From: Macrostomum lignano
Taxonomy: Eukaryota
Assembly (NCBI GenBank): GCA_002269645.1
Contig: NIVC01004366.1
Coordinates: 1 to 48,331, forward strand
Direction of reading: 5' to 3'
Length of the DNA: 48,331 nucleotides
Shown here: positions 10,661 to 23,240 of the stretch, in pieces
Position numbering within the stretch: the first letter of the stretch is position 1
How the letters are laid out: each line of letters starts with the position of its first letter
Notes under the pieces: generated by a model
Database searches by the model: none
What the model was told of the DNA's origin: nothing
The model's input: the letters and a program-made list of their open reading frames with translations, nothing else
Translations under genes and position numbers: made by a program

Positions 10661-11959
10661 GGACTGGCATCTTCAGGTCTGTTTTCTGACGACGAAAAAG
10701 TTCTGAGAGATCTTTGCAATTCTGTCCAATCGTGCAATCCTGTGAAATATTTTTGTTCCAATCTAATATTTTAAGTTGACATGAAATTTCCATTTTGATC
10801 CGAGAGAGACTTGGACTTTGGTTGCACCTTGTTTTGATGCCACGGGACCTCGTCTGCAGTTTTTGATTATTAAAAATGAGGCAGTTAGTGACACTGACAG
10901 TTTTTATGACAAGTGACACGGCAGTGCTATGTCTGTGTTCATGCTTATACTATGCAATATACTCTTGGTAGATAATCAGCAATATACGACTGGCCCATAT
11001 TTTGTAGGTAAAAGACAACAATCATATGTATAAAATGGGATAGTTTTTTAAATGCCCCCTTGGTGTCACATAGCCTATACATTGTCCCCCAATTAGCTGA
11101 CCAATGGGGAAACCTGATCGCTCAAATACAGTGGCATTTCGGTAAGCCATGCAGGAAATTGCTGGAGTTACATTTCTCTTTGGATACTTACATCGACCTT
11201 GATTGGAATTTCCAATCCAATGTGCATAATGAGAACTTAGGCGAATCAAAACAGTCCCAATTCAGCTCAGCGGAGTGAAATATCGATGGCTGTGGATTAA
11301 ATGAACCACGCACAAATGGAATCAATCTTACATGTCGATCAAATTTCTATTCAAAAGAGTATTTCTTTGGCCATTCGTTTTCAAAGTTTCCGGATTCTGA
11401 TTCTTCAATTTACCATGCAGTCGTGAAAATTAAGAAACAGTCTCTGCGCAACCACTCACAAAAGCTAGTTTTAAAGTACAAATACTCTTCTCTTCATTCA
11501 ACTGATGGCTTATGGACTTTCTTTCTTTAGTCAAGTAACCCACGTAGTGTCAAAGAGAAAGTATTCTGTACGAGCTATATGTAGCTGTGTATTGAATAGA
11601 CAATACTTTTGGACCATTCTAGCCATCGTACATTAAACATAAACTTGTTGCCATAAACTTACTTTTTGATCAAAGCAACTGAATGAGACAATGACTGCTG
11701 TAATTTTGCATTTATTCTATCGCATTGTATTTTTCTTTGCATCCTTCTTGAGTGTTAGTAATAGAACAGAAAGCTTTGCTACTTTGAGTAGCATTCAATT
11801 AATTGCAGCCTTGATTCGTGCAAACAACGAATGGGCGTCCACTGAAGTAGAAAAAAATCTGATTGGTCCACAAAAAGCTATACATTACAGTGGCATTTAA
11901 TGCTATCTATCTAGAAGCTTATGGACGCGAATCGCTAATCTGCTTAGGTTTCCATCTTT

Positions 11960-12367
11960 ATGAAATTCGCATCATTTCGTGCAGTTGGTCTTGCTGGCTG
12001 CTGCTTGACCTGCCTGCACAGATGGCAGAGAGCTCTGGCTGCTGCCGGTGTCGAGTCCATCAATTCGACCCTGAATGCGTCAGGCAACTGGAGTGTCGAC
12101 GGCGTCGGAGACAGCGAAATTGACGAGCACAATCATCCACCATCTGCGTCCAGATACCGATCGGCATTTGTTCTCATAGTCAGTCTGAGCGCGATGTGCC
12201 TTCTGGCGATGGGCTTCCTGGCCTACGGCCTGTTCTCCCGCGCCGAGGCCATCAAAGATGACGACGCTGCGGCCGAGATGGACTTGGATCAGGCCATGTT
12301 CGGAGGCCTGCACGACGGAGTTGGCGGCGGCGGCGGCGGCGGCGGTGACGGAGGTTTTGGCGACTGA
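11960..12367 (+). CDS. Small predicted type I membrane protein (135 aa), unknown family
   Basis: GC-rich ORF in AT-rich flanks; hydrophobic N-terminus, N-glycosylation sequons NST/NAS/NWS, TM-like helix AFVLIVSLSAMCLLAMGFLAYGLF, acidic/Gly tail. Confidence 0.65.
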   Translation: MKFASFRAVGLAGCCLTCLHRWQRALAAAGVESINSTLNASGNWSVDGVGDSEIDEHNHPPSASRYRSAFVLIVSLSAMCLLAMGFLAYGLFSRAEAIKDDDAAAEMDLDQAMFGGLHDGVGGGGGGGGDGGFGD

Positions 12368-13432
12368 TTTTTCACCGAAATGTTTCTACTGCCTGTTACT
12401 GTGCTGTTTTACTTGGGCCAATTTAACCAATACTTTCAATTGAAACGGATTCACTTGTCTACCAGAGTCCAGAGACCGTGTTGCTATGGTGGTATAGTTA
12501 GTTCTGATGAACTCTGAGCCAATCGGATCGACGACTTAAGTATTGTTTAAGTAAGTAGTCCTTGCCCTGAGCACGCAAACGCACAGATAAGTACGACAGG
12601 CACACACTCTCACAGGATGTACAGGCGGTCCTGACTTGTCTTTACGGGTAATTGTTACTCTGCATACCCCTCGTGGTAATGGTGAGAGTTTAGGACCAAA
12701 ATGTTACTAATTGCAAAACTGCTATATGCTTTTAGTTTCTGGTAAAAAAAACTAGTGGACGTGAGACAGATTATTAGGTTGAAACTGAAGTAAATATTCT
12801 TACAGCTTGTCAGATCTTGCGACTCTGTCAAATAAAGGAAGCCCATTTGGCTCGTTAGTCCAAATTTGATTTCTCTCTGCATGTGCTCCCTCTACAGGTT
12901 ACTGATGATCCCCTGCCTCTATCTGTTAGCATGTCTTTTGTATTTGAACTATGCTGATTAACTCTCTCTTGCGAATACCTATATTTGCCGAGTACACACC
13001 ACCAATGCTGATGCTAATATTGAGGTTTTTTGTTTCGCAAATAGGAATTACGCGCAAACTGTGTGCGTCAAAGTTCGCGCAGTAAATACCGTTTTTCGAT
13101 TCGCGTGAAGCCAATCTTCCTTCGCAAATATACAGTATAAATGCCTTCGTGGTTGTAAATAACGTACGAGTATATGGCTGCTGTCTATCTGAAGTGCTGC
13201 CGGCCACAAATCGATCAGCATCAGGTTCTGTTCAGGTCTGTTTGACCGGATTGTCACTGCAGGTTTACTGCAGTCTCTGACTCATCAATGCAGTTCCACT
13301 ATACGGTTCGGTTGCGCTGATGGATTGAGGGCGCAGTAACAATCCGATAGTTAAACTGTGGACGAATCGTGCGCGGTCCGTGCTCCCGCAGGATATTGAC
13401 CAGCAGCCAGGCCTCTAAAGCACTAGCCAGTC

Positions 13433-13467
13433 CAGGGAATATTCTACTCTATGTAGAGTATTCCCTG
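13433..13467. mobile_element. 35-bp hairpin mini-element with CAGGGAA ends and 7-bp TSD GCCAGTC
   Basis: cagggaatattctac-tctat-gtagagtattccctg (15-bp arms, one mismatch), flanked by gccagtc at 13426-13432 and 13468-13474. Confidence 0.7.
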
Positions 13468-15632
13468 GCCAGTCCCTCTATCTAGATCGGGGGCAGAACA
13501 GGAAATGTAACTTCCGCAAAAGCAAATTTGCATTAGATTTTGCTGCGAACGGGAAAATAACAGAAGGTTAGGACTCGTTGAATCACTTTAGTCCGCTGAG
13601 ACCATCTGCTGGCTCCCAAAAGGCGAGCCATATTTGAATTTTCTAGTAAACCAGCTGCAGATTGCGGGGGCGGGTTTTACCTAAAAATGCTGGACTCTTC
13701 GTCTATTCGTCTATGGATATTCGTCTATTTAAGGGTCCGCTTCTCCCGTGTTTTCCCATGGAAGCCCAGAAGCATCGGTGATGAGCAGTACATACGCGTA
13801 CTTCTTTAAACTTTGCCAAATTTGGCTAAGCATAAACAGATCTGTATATGGATTCTCAACGTTGACAAAGGAAGATTTGAAGCCTAGCCTAGTGAGGGAT
13901 GCGTGGAATCAATACACATAAAATTTGGGCTGGGCACGCAGCTCAGATCGGAGAAGGATGCGTTGTTTGTTGATTAAGATGTTTGCAATCAATATTTCAG
14001 CCGGGGCTTGATGTAGACTGTCGCTCTGAGCGGGCGGGCGGCTATTGCAGCCCCATGCTGCAGCAGAATCTAAGCTATTACGAGTATAAGCTGCGAATAA
14101 GCGAGGCGAACACGCGCCCAGGTGACTCCACACGCGTAAATGCTGGGGGAATGTGTTTAGGCCACGCGAAATATAATCCAGACAGATAGAGAGGAGGGCC
14201 TTTCAAGAGGCAGACAGACAAGGGAATGGAAATAGAATAGGTCTCGTCACATTTTCTCTGCAAACCGGATAGAACTAATGAGAGAAAAGGGATTACGAAG
14301 CTTATATAATATGCCTATGTATAGATACTCTTATGCAGCTGCCTATATATACTGCATGCGGACTGCATTGGGTCTCAATATGGACGACTACATGCATGCA
14401 ATCAATTTTAGAGTTATTTACATTTTGCAAAATCCCGAGATGATATGCGCAAATAGGGAATTATCTCCCAGTATTATTGTTTCATGACGCAAATTCTAGT
14501 TTTTTTATGAGATTACACCGTTTACATGTATTCGCCATTGACTAAATTACATATAAATTGTCAAATTACATTAGCGAAATAGAATTGTGAAGCCGAAAAA
14601 ATGGAGTGCGTCCGAGTGCCACTTCAATCATCCGAGATGCGTGCATGACAACCGAAAATAATTCCAAAGAAAGGCATCTCCAACGAAGCATCAAATTATA
14701 AAACATGCAAAATGCTATTGCAAACACAGCTCTGAATTCTGTGTTCGCTTCTAAAAATGATCAATAATAGATCGTCCATCGCTGCTTCAATAAGCCTCAG
14801 CTTCCAGAATTGACTCAGCCAGTCAGTTCGTGGATACAATCTGGGGTAATTACGTAGATTGGATAGAAAATTCGCCTCAATCGAATAAATATTTACACTT
14901 GAATAGAATTAATGGCCTTCGCGCATCACCACAGCGTAAGATGAGTAAACGTAAAGACGTAAAGCATATGTATCACCATATAGGCTTGGGTGTACTTCTG
15001 TGCAAACAAAGCATTTTGTTAATTCGCAGGAGGGCGTCGAAGTAACGGAATGCAAGTAATGAGACCTATGATGCACGTAATGGGCACCAGCTTGTAATTC
15101 ACGCCAGTTTAGAAAATGATGCAGCTGTCAGCACGTACGGCCCGGTTCTATCTTAGTTAATCACCGCAAAAATACGACCATATAATGGGCTGTGTGAAAT
15201 TCGATCCCATTTTTGCGCTGCAAGCCATTCAATTTTTAATGAACCCGGCCGCTGACGGATGTGAGACATATGGGTAAAGAAAACACGGGTACAGTAACTA
15301 TAGTATTAAATATTTAGTAATTATGCTCGCTTGCGTTCGGTTTCGCTTAACTGAAAGGCTTACTCCATAGCACATCGTTGTACTTTTACAGGCATATATA
15401 AGCGTAGTACCTCATACGCGTACGTAAAAGTCATTTCGAAAGTGAAACGCAAGGGATACGAGCACACGGATACACACGGACCTACCTATACTTTTGGGTA
15501 TGTAAAAATTGAAGACTTTTGAACATTATATGCTGCATGCTACACATATTGCTCAACTACTGCAGCGCCAGATACTACGAGGGGTGTCCCAGAAGTATGT
15601 GTCACTTTTGCTTGCTTCCACAAGTATATATA

Positions 15633-16246
15633 CCTTTTCAAGCTGGACTTTGGCAAAAGTGACTTCAATTTTGGCAGCCCATAGAAAAAGCATACGCCTG
15701 CCAGCAACATGTCTATGGTCAACTGTGGTAGAATCGGTTAGAGCGTGCATTCAACTTTGGCAAAAGTGAGCGAATTTTGGCAACTCAACCGAACAAGATG
15801 CCGAACGCGCGTATATCGCTGCAGGATCGAGAACGGCTGGTGCGCAGCTACCAAGAAGGAAGAGACTGGAGACGACTGGCGAAGGACCTCGACATAAAGA
15901 GAACCACGGCCGACACAATTATCCACAGGTTTGTCACTGAAGATCGCGTTGCGCTGAAGCAACGAGGAGGAAGCCGTGAGGCCAAAATTTACACCACCAA
16001 TGTTAAATGCTGTGACTCGGTTTGTTGAAGAGAAGCCCACCATAAGGTTGAGGGAGATAAAGGAGAAGATGGAAGCCGAACTTCCAGGCGCACCTGGCGT
16101 GTCGGTGCAGGCAATCAGCCTGGTTGAATGCACGCTCTAACCGATTCTACCACAGTTGACCATAGACATGTTGCTGGCAGGCTTATGCTTTTTCTATGGG
16201 CTGCCAAAATTGAATTGTCACTTTTGCCAAAGTCGAGCTTGAAAGG
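15633..16246 (+). mobile_element. Internally deleted Tc1/IS630-like element: ~123-bp TIRs, TA TSD, N-terminal HTH region only
   Basis: TIRs at 15633-15755 and 16123-16246; TA on both sides. ATG at 15798 gives MPNARISLQDRERLVRSYQEGRDWRRLAKDLDIKRTTADTIIHRF...RGGSREAK, then after a frameshift near 15985 FTPPMLNAVTRFVEEKPTIRLREIKEKM...; no DDE domain. Confidence 0.88.
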
Positions 16247-18106
16247 TAAATATTAATGTGTGTTAAAAAATCATATGCCTTAAAAGTCAGCGGCTTATTT
16301 TAACTTTCATACCATGAAAGTCCGATTTTTATAAGTGCTTCCTGCTGTAAGCAGCATGCATTTGTTTGCATACCCTTAGCCATAGAAATACGCACCACAT
16401 AGTACTTCTATGCTCACTCAGAAGAAAGCCACAAGTAGAGCTGCTCAAGCACAGAGTTGCAAGACAGCAGCTGCAAGATCTGTTCCAGTCATGGACCAGA
16501 TACCCTTGTGACGTTTGAATGCCGACAATTTTTTTTTGGAGTCGAGGTAATGAATTTTTCATAAGATATTCAAGATTTGTCGACCAGCCGGACTAAATTC
16601 AAGTCGTAACAAAACTGGTTTCGGTTGTCCAGGTTGGCATTCGCATAACCATACAAATAGAATTTTACAAGTGCAGTTTTTAAAAATGTGATATTTATAA
16701 TTAACCACAGCCGGTGTTCTATTTTTGAGAAAATACAAATGTTTTAACAAATACAGTTTACTAAATAAGATTTCTATCGACAGTTAAAAGGTATGATAAG
16801 ATGATAAGATGTAGATTCTAAAATATTTGCAGTGAGATAATTGATAATAGCATTCTGTTAATTTTTTATTGAGTTTTAAACATGACTTTCTTGCGTTTAC
16901 TTAGCCAGCCCCTTTTTTTGTCGCGCCGCCCGGGCCCCGCCCGCCACCCGACGACAACCGGCTAGCCGGGCCAAAAGCTTACAAAATCATCGGGCTAACC
17001 GGCAGGAAAGCGCGCTCTCGAGCTCTCGCTTCTCCCGGCTAGAGGGCCCAAAGCGCGCTCCCATACAATCAAATGGGCGCCCGCAGGCACGTTAGCTGGC
17101 TAGTTTTTAAATGATTCTGTTCTGGTTAAATAACTATTAAGGTAAAATACTGAAATATTAGTAACTAGTAAAGTAGTAATTAATTATATTTCAAAAGGAA
17201 TGGCATCAACTGACGAGCGACAACCGTTGTTATTGTCGAGATTTAGGATCTTTTCATACATGGATCGATTGATTAGATGTTTAAATTGATATTTTAATAC
17301 TAAGTATGCTAGATTCATGTATGATATACTAGATACAATTTATACTCGTAATGACTTAATATTGTACATTTTAAAAAATCTGTTTCCCAATTTTCAATGA
17401 CTTGGACATGTTTTCTAAAAAGAGGTCATTTAATTTTAATTTAACGACTAATGACAATTTCTTATTTTCCTACAAATACTCTTTGAGAGACAAAGAGACA
17501 GATAAAATGCAATTTATTAATAGAATAGCATCGCAAAATTTGCAGTCATGACTGATTACTTAAGCTTAGCTGAATGCTGTAGATCATATAAAAATGAAAA
17601 GAAAAATTTTTTATTTTTTTAATTTATGTAGGCCCTAGTCATTTGAAGTGGGGCAGAGGAAGTTTTTTTTGGAAGTGGGTTGAATTATAATTTGTTGCTA
17701 TCACTAATGGGGTGGGGTGGATTCCACGTTGAAATGCTATTGGCATTGAGTTTGCACAAATAAATCTGGAAATTGTGTGCAGACAAATCACAATGCGTTA
17801 TTTCCTCCTGTTTTACTCCAACAGCTAGGTCCTCAATTCCAGGGGGAGGGTAGTTGTAATTGTAGTTGAGCAGTCTTATGCAGGCATAGTCATTCAGACT
17901 TTAGACTCAATAGTCTAGATACCATAATTTTCTTTCTGAGTTTCTGAACTGATTACTGTCAATAGAGTAGCGCTGCCACCACTGTAATTTCGTATTACGG
18001 AATGTAGAGATCTCAGAGCTCATTTGGAGTTGAGATTAATTCTGTTGTTTAATGCCTTACAGGCAAATAACTCAAGTTAAACTGTTAAGGGCTTTGTTTA
18101 ATTAAT

Positions 18107-18365
18107 GGGCCTTTTCATATTGCTTGCTCTGGTTCCAGAACCAGAACCAATTTGTGAAGTATAACTTTTTGTCTCCATAACTAGAGGGAGATACGTGCTA
18201 TAATTTTTTATTATTGAATGACAATCGCGAAGAAGAAAGTGAAAAATTGTGCTAAGTTAGGTTGTTAAGGCAGTCAAATATTAACAGAGTTTAATAGTTA
18301 TACTGCTGTTTTTCTTGGAATTCCGAACCGATTCTGGTTCTGGAATTGGTAATATGAAAAGGCCC
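18107..18365. mobile_element. 259-bp MITE, TIR GGGCCTTTTCATATT, 3-bp TSD AAT (PIF/Harbinger-like)
   Basis: 15-bp perfect TIRs; AAT at 18104-18106 and 18366-18368; subterminal ccagaaccagaa motifs mirrored. Confidence 0.7.
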
Positions 18366-21300
18366 AATGAACTTAATAATTAATAGCAGGCAATTATTAT
18401 TATTTTTATTTTTATTGTTACAAATAAGAGATCACGGTGGAGCCGGGTGCCAACGACAACTATTTAGTCAATGACACTAAACAATTTAATAAAAGCACAC
18501 AAAGAAAGTAGATAAGCAAGCGGGAGCAAGTAAGAGAAGGAAAGCAAGAGCAAAGCATAGGAAGAAAATTGGTGGCTTAAATTAGCCTTATAAAAGTAAA
18601 ACTATGCCGTCCAGCGAGGGATAGGGCAGCAGATGGGGCAGAATGGCAAGGGATGGGGCAACAGATAGGGCAACAGACGACACTATTAATGCAAACAGAG
18701 AATAACAAAAAATTAAACCACAGCATCTCACTCTTGCAAAACAATATAATAGATATACATGCCATAGTCCGGATCATGGCAGGCATACACTGGAATGAAA
18801 ATTCATGTTTTTTCAATTTTACGCTGATGTAAAATAAAAAAATGTGCCAAGACTAAAATTATTTATATGCCATTTTTTCAAAGCATATATATTTTTAGGA
18901 ATTCAAAACTTTTACTTAACATTGAAACGGCTGAAGAGATTTTGACATTGGTTGATATTTAACTACACAATTACATTAGCCTTGAACTTGGCTATTTTTT
19001 GTACGCTAACTATGTACACTTCATGTCAAACCTGAAAATTCTATACGCCAAGTGTATGCCAAGATTGTCAGCGAGAACAAAAATATGCCAGAAAATTTGG
19101 CATAAAGGTCACCTTCCGGACTATGGTATACATATAATGTCATATTTTTTTGAAAATAGATAATTTGAAGAATCCATTATATTGCATATAGTGTTGCAAT
19201 AGCAAATTGATTGATTTTATTGATTTCAACTTTATTGATGCAGTTGCAAAAAAGGTCCTTTATTGTCGCAATGCCTTATAGGCCCCATGTGTAAAGCATA
19301 ATTGCTGGCTATGCACTGCAAGCAACTTCTATGGCAGCCACAAAATGTTCCCAAGCAGCTGGTGCATCTACAAGACTATGGCCTATAGGTTGTGTTGTGA
19401 CTCCCAGTGGGGTTGTGTGACTTATTTTCTGGGGGTCGCAGCTCTAAGAAATGATAGACAAAAAACTTAATGATGCATTATATTGATTATAAAAGAGGTT
19501 GCAAATGTTAAAAAAATAATGCAAATGAATAAATTAAATTAGGGCTGCCTAAAAAGGTTGAGAGCTGCTGATATTTACTACTAGTTTTTGAAACTTATTT
19601 TAATGACAATAGAGACTAAATATACCTTACTTTTAAAAATTAGTCAAGTAACCAAAAATAGATTTTTATTATGTTTTAATTATTTAAAACTTCAACTTTT
19701 TATTTATGTTTTTGCCTATTTTGTATATCTTGCTCATTTTTGCTTAAAACTTTGCTTTTTACTAATACTATTAATATATATTTTCTAATTTCAATATCTG
19801 TGCAGGGCCCCTCCCGATTTCTTTATATAATAGTCACCGTTTAGTCAATTTGAATTCACGCCAAAACTAAGAAACATATTTTGTTTTAATACTTGTATTT
19901 TCTATAATATTTTGCGCTAACAAATTTTTGTTTAAAACTGTAGCAAATTTTAGTATAAATAGAAGCATTTTTGGCAGAGGAGAGACCAACCTTGCGTATT
20001 GCGGTTCTGCAATAAGTGATTGATAGCGAATAGTAAGAGTTCTGAGAAAATAAGAATCAAAGAAGTGTTTTCTATGTAAATTCCTTTTACGAAGTAAGAG
20101 TGAAATAGACTGAAGCATATACAGTACATACTATTGAGAAGCAGCAGTATTGAGTAGTAAGAGAATACAAGTAGATCTAAAGTGATACGTGTAAGAATAA
20201 CTGGAGGCTGTGACCCTCTGATCTCGGTAACACCCAAGGACTTGCAAACTTCATGAAATACATATACCAGTAAGCCAAAATACCACTCAGGCCAAATTAT
20301 TAAATAGAATGCTACCAGAATAACAGAATGCTACCAGAATAACAGAGGAGTAAAATCTTTCAGGGCTAACAGTTTTCTAAGAATAATACTCAGACTAAAT
20401 ACGCAGACAAAATACTTAGACCTATTCTAATAAAAATTCTTATACTTATTCTAAGATTAATAATCTCATAATTTATTAATAGAATAGTCTTGGTGGCAAC
20501 TACCAACATTTATAAAAACAGGAGTTTAGCCCTTTGACAACTTTAGTAACAGCTATGGAATCATCTGAAGAGACAGAAGAATCAGCCCTTTGACAACTTG
20601 GTTGCAGCAGTGGGATAATTTCAGTGAGAGCAATTATGCCTTTGATATATCCAATGTCTTTTTAGCTTTTTATCTATTATCTATTGATAACAATAAATCT
20701 AATATAGCCAGAATAGCCTAAAACTTAGCAAAAATACCAAATAAGTCAGCTTTGGGCCTAAAATATATAGGAAAAATATATAAAAAAAACATTTTTGCTC
20801 TTATCATTATAATCAATATTTTAATTGCTTCTTCTTATTACATAAGCTATAATTTAATATATTAAAAGTTGCTTACTAACAAAGGGCAACAAAGCTAACC
20901 TATTGAAAGAAGTGTGACAAATGTATGAGAGATTTATTCTGTTTTCTCTTGTTCATAATTGCTTTTATTGTGTGTAATTGCATTGCAAAGTTATTTATTT
21001 GTAAAAAAAACCAGCATAGGCAAGTCATAGGACTCTTATTAAAGTACTTTTCTAAGTCATATATTCCAAACAACTAGCTAACCAGGGCTAGAGCTATGCA
21101 TTTTTGGGAGTATTGCTTTTACTCTTAGTCCTTGGTTCTAAACTTATGGTTAAAAGTTGAAAAGTGAAGACACTATCAATTTTTCACTTTTGCATATATA
21201 TAATATGCAGCATTGGCTTTTTTATATTTCATAGTATTAATATTAAGCTCCTTTGAAGTTTTCCAGGCTACAATGTGTTCTCACAAACCATTCCTTTTTG

Positions 21301-21670
21301 CCATACCACCAAAGGGGTCTATCTGAAAAGTGCAGCAATTAGACAATCGCAAAATGGCATATTTTTCAATAGGGATACATAAGAAAAGATTACTCTGACT
21401 GATTGATATGTTTGTGCCTGTCTGCCTATATGATATTGTGCATAAATTATGCATCCTATTGTACAGTGAGGAAGTAAAGAATACTTGCAATAGTTTAACC
21501 TATCACTCATTAAGTCTCAGTTATTGAGTGCCCAATATTACTAAATATGGGATTTAGATATACATTCCTGTAGCCATATCCGTACCTACAGTCAGTGGAT
21601 CTCTACTATTAAGTGATACAAAAAGTTTTATTAATCAATTGCATGTGCTTGTGCCAGCCAACCAGCAGCT

Positions 21671-23240
21671 ATGCGCCGCATTTATATTGGCAACTTGTCG
21701 TCGCGCGCAACCAAGCGCGATATTGCTAAGTTTTTCCATCGCTACGGCCCGCTGGAGGATATCCTGCTGCGTGACGGCTTTGGCTTCGTACAGCTGAGCT
21801 CCTCAACTGACGCCGAAGATGCTGTTGACTATCTGAACGGCCGGGACCTGTGCGGCAGCCGGGTGTCGCTGGAGATGGCCAGGTCGGAGCGCCGTGGCGG
21901 CCGCGATCGCTATGGTCCGCCAACGCGCACCAGGTAGCTACTTTTAGTAGTATTATAACTGTTTTTATTTTTATTCTGCCACAACCAGCGCTGAGTCAAT
22001 TCTGCTGACTCCTGAGCATGTAGAAGCGGGCAATTACTGTACAAGGTGTGCCCCCATACACACGCCCATTCAGTGCGTACAGTGGCCCTGACTTATAATC
22101 GCCAGGCATGTACACTGTGCCTTAGGAAGATTGGCCGAGCACAACCCCAAATTAATGTGTAGATACCATTGAATGGCTCCGCCCCTTATTAATTTATTAA
22201 TTTGTCACAGAACCGTTCTCTTAAAAGTTCGGCAAGTTCCAATCTATGCAGTTCCATATTAATTTGGAGACGGCCCCCAACCTGGCCGCTGTACACTTCG
22301 GGTATTGTCTCGCCGCTGGTTGCGGGCTTTTGTCGCCTTGATTTGCGGCAGCACTCATAGCGGCCCCTGCAGGTAATTAACTAACCTGAATGAAGAGCCA
22401 CAGGCACGTAAAACTCGCGGTTATCACGTAATAATCAATGCTGTACAAAGCGACGAAAAACCATGTTTTGAGTGATTTGAGTCAGGGGAAAAATGAGTGA
22501 AACCTAAATTGAAACTCAATACACTATAGCTTTCTTGAAACCTGTCGCAAATGCCCTGGGCCTTATTGACGTATTTATGTCGCTAAGAATACTGCAAAAA
22601 TCGCCAATTCAGGCACCGCCTGGTTGTCAAGAACCTGGGCTCCGACGTCAAGTGGCAGGACCTTAAAGACCTGGTTCGCCGCGCCGGCGAGGTCACCTTC
22701 GCTGACGTACACCGACCTGTTCGAGGCGAAGGCATCGTTGAATTTGAGAGTCGTGACGATATGCGCCGGGCGCTGAAGCAGTACGACGGATTCGAGTGGC
22801 ACGGCCGCCGGCTGCGCCTGTCTGTTGACGGCGCCGACGACTCGCGACGGTCGCGCCGGTCCCGGTCTAGGTCCCGGTCCAGGTCCAGGTCCCGATCTAG
22901 ATCCCGTTCTCGCACCCGTTCTCGGTCGCGCTCGCGACGGTCCAAGTCCAGGTCCCGGTCTAAGGACCGCTCGAAGTCCCGGTCGGTGTCTAGGTCCCGG
23001 TCCCAGTCCCGATCACGTTCTCGTTCCAGGTCGCGCTCGCCGATAAATAACAACGACAAGGCCAAGGCTAGGTCGGCGTCCCGGTCCAAGTCAAAGTCTC
23101 GGTCTCTGTCCCGCTCGCGCTCCAATTCCCCCGGGTCGCGCCGTTCCCGCAGCGGCTCGCCCGGCGCCCGACGCAACAATAACGGCGCCGCTGCCGAGCG
23201 CCGGTCCCGAAGCCGCAGCGACTCCAGAGGCTCGCGCTGA
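21671..23240 (+). CDS. SR splicing factor, SRSF4/5/6 (B52/SRp55) type; exons 21671-21933 and 22613-23240; ~296 aa
   Basis: RRM1 (IYIGNL...DGFGFV), phase-matched GT-AG intron 21934-22612, pseudo-RRM2 with KWQDLKD (canonical SWQDLKD), long RS tract; AATAAA near 23391. The exact paralog cannot be assigned. Confidence 0.93.
22052..22190 (-). mobile_element. tRNA-SINE family B, degenerate fragment in the SR gene intron
   Basis: gcgtacagtggccctgacttataatcgccaggcatgtacactgtgcc matches the 34512-34720 body. Confidence 0.6.

Noticed and set aside
22583-23179. 198-aa RERDRD-rich minus-strand ORF
   Set aside because: Antisense shadow of the RS domain.
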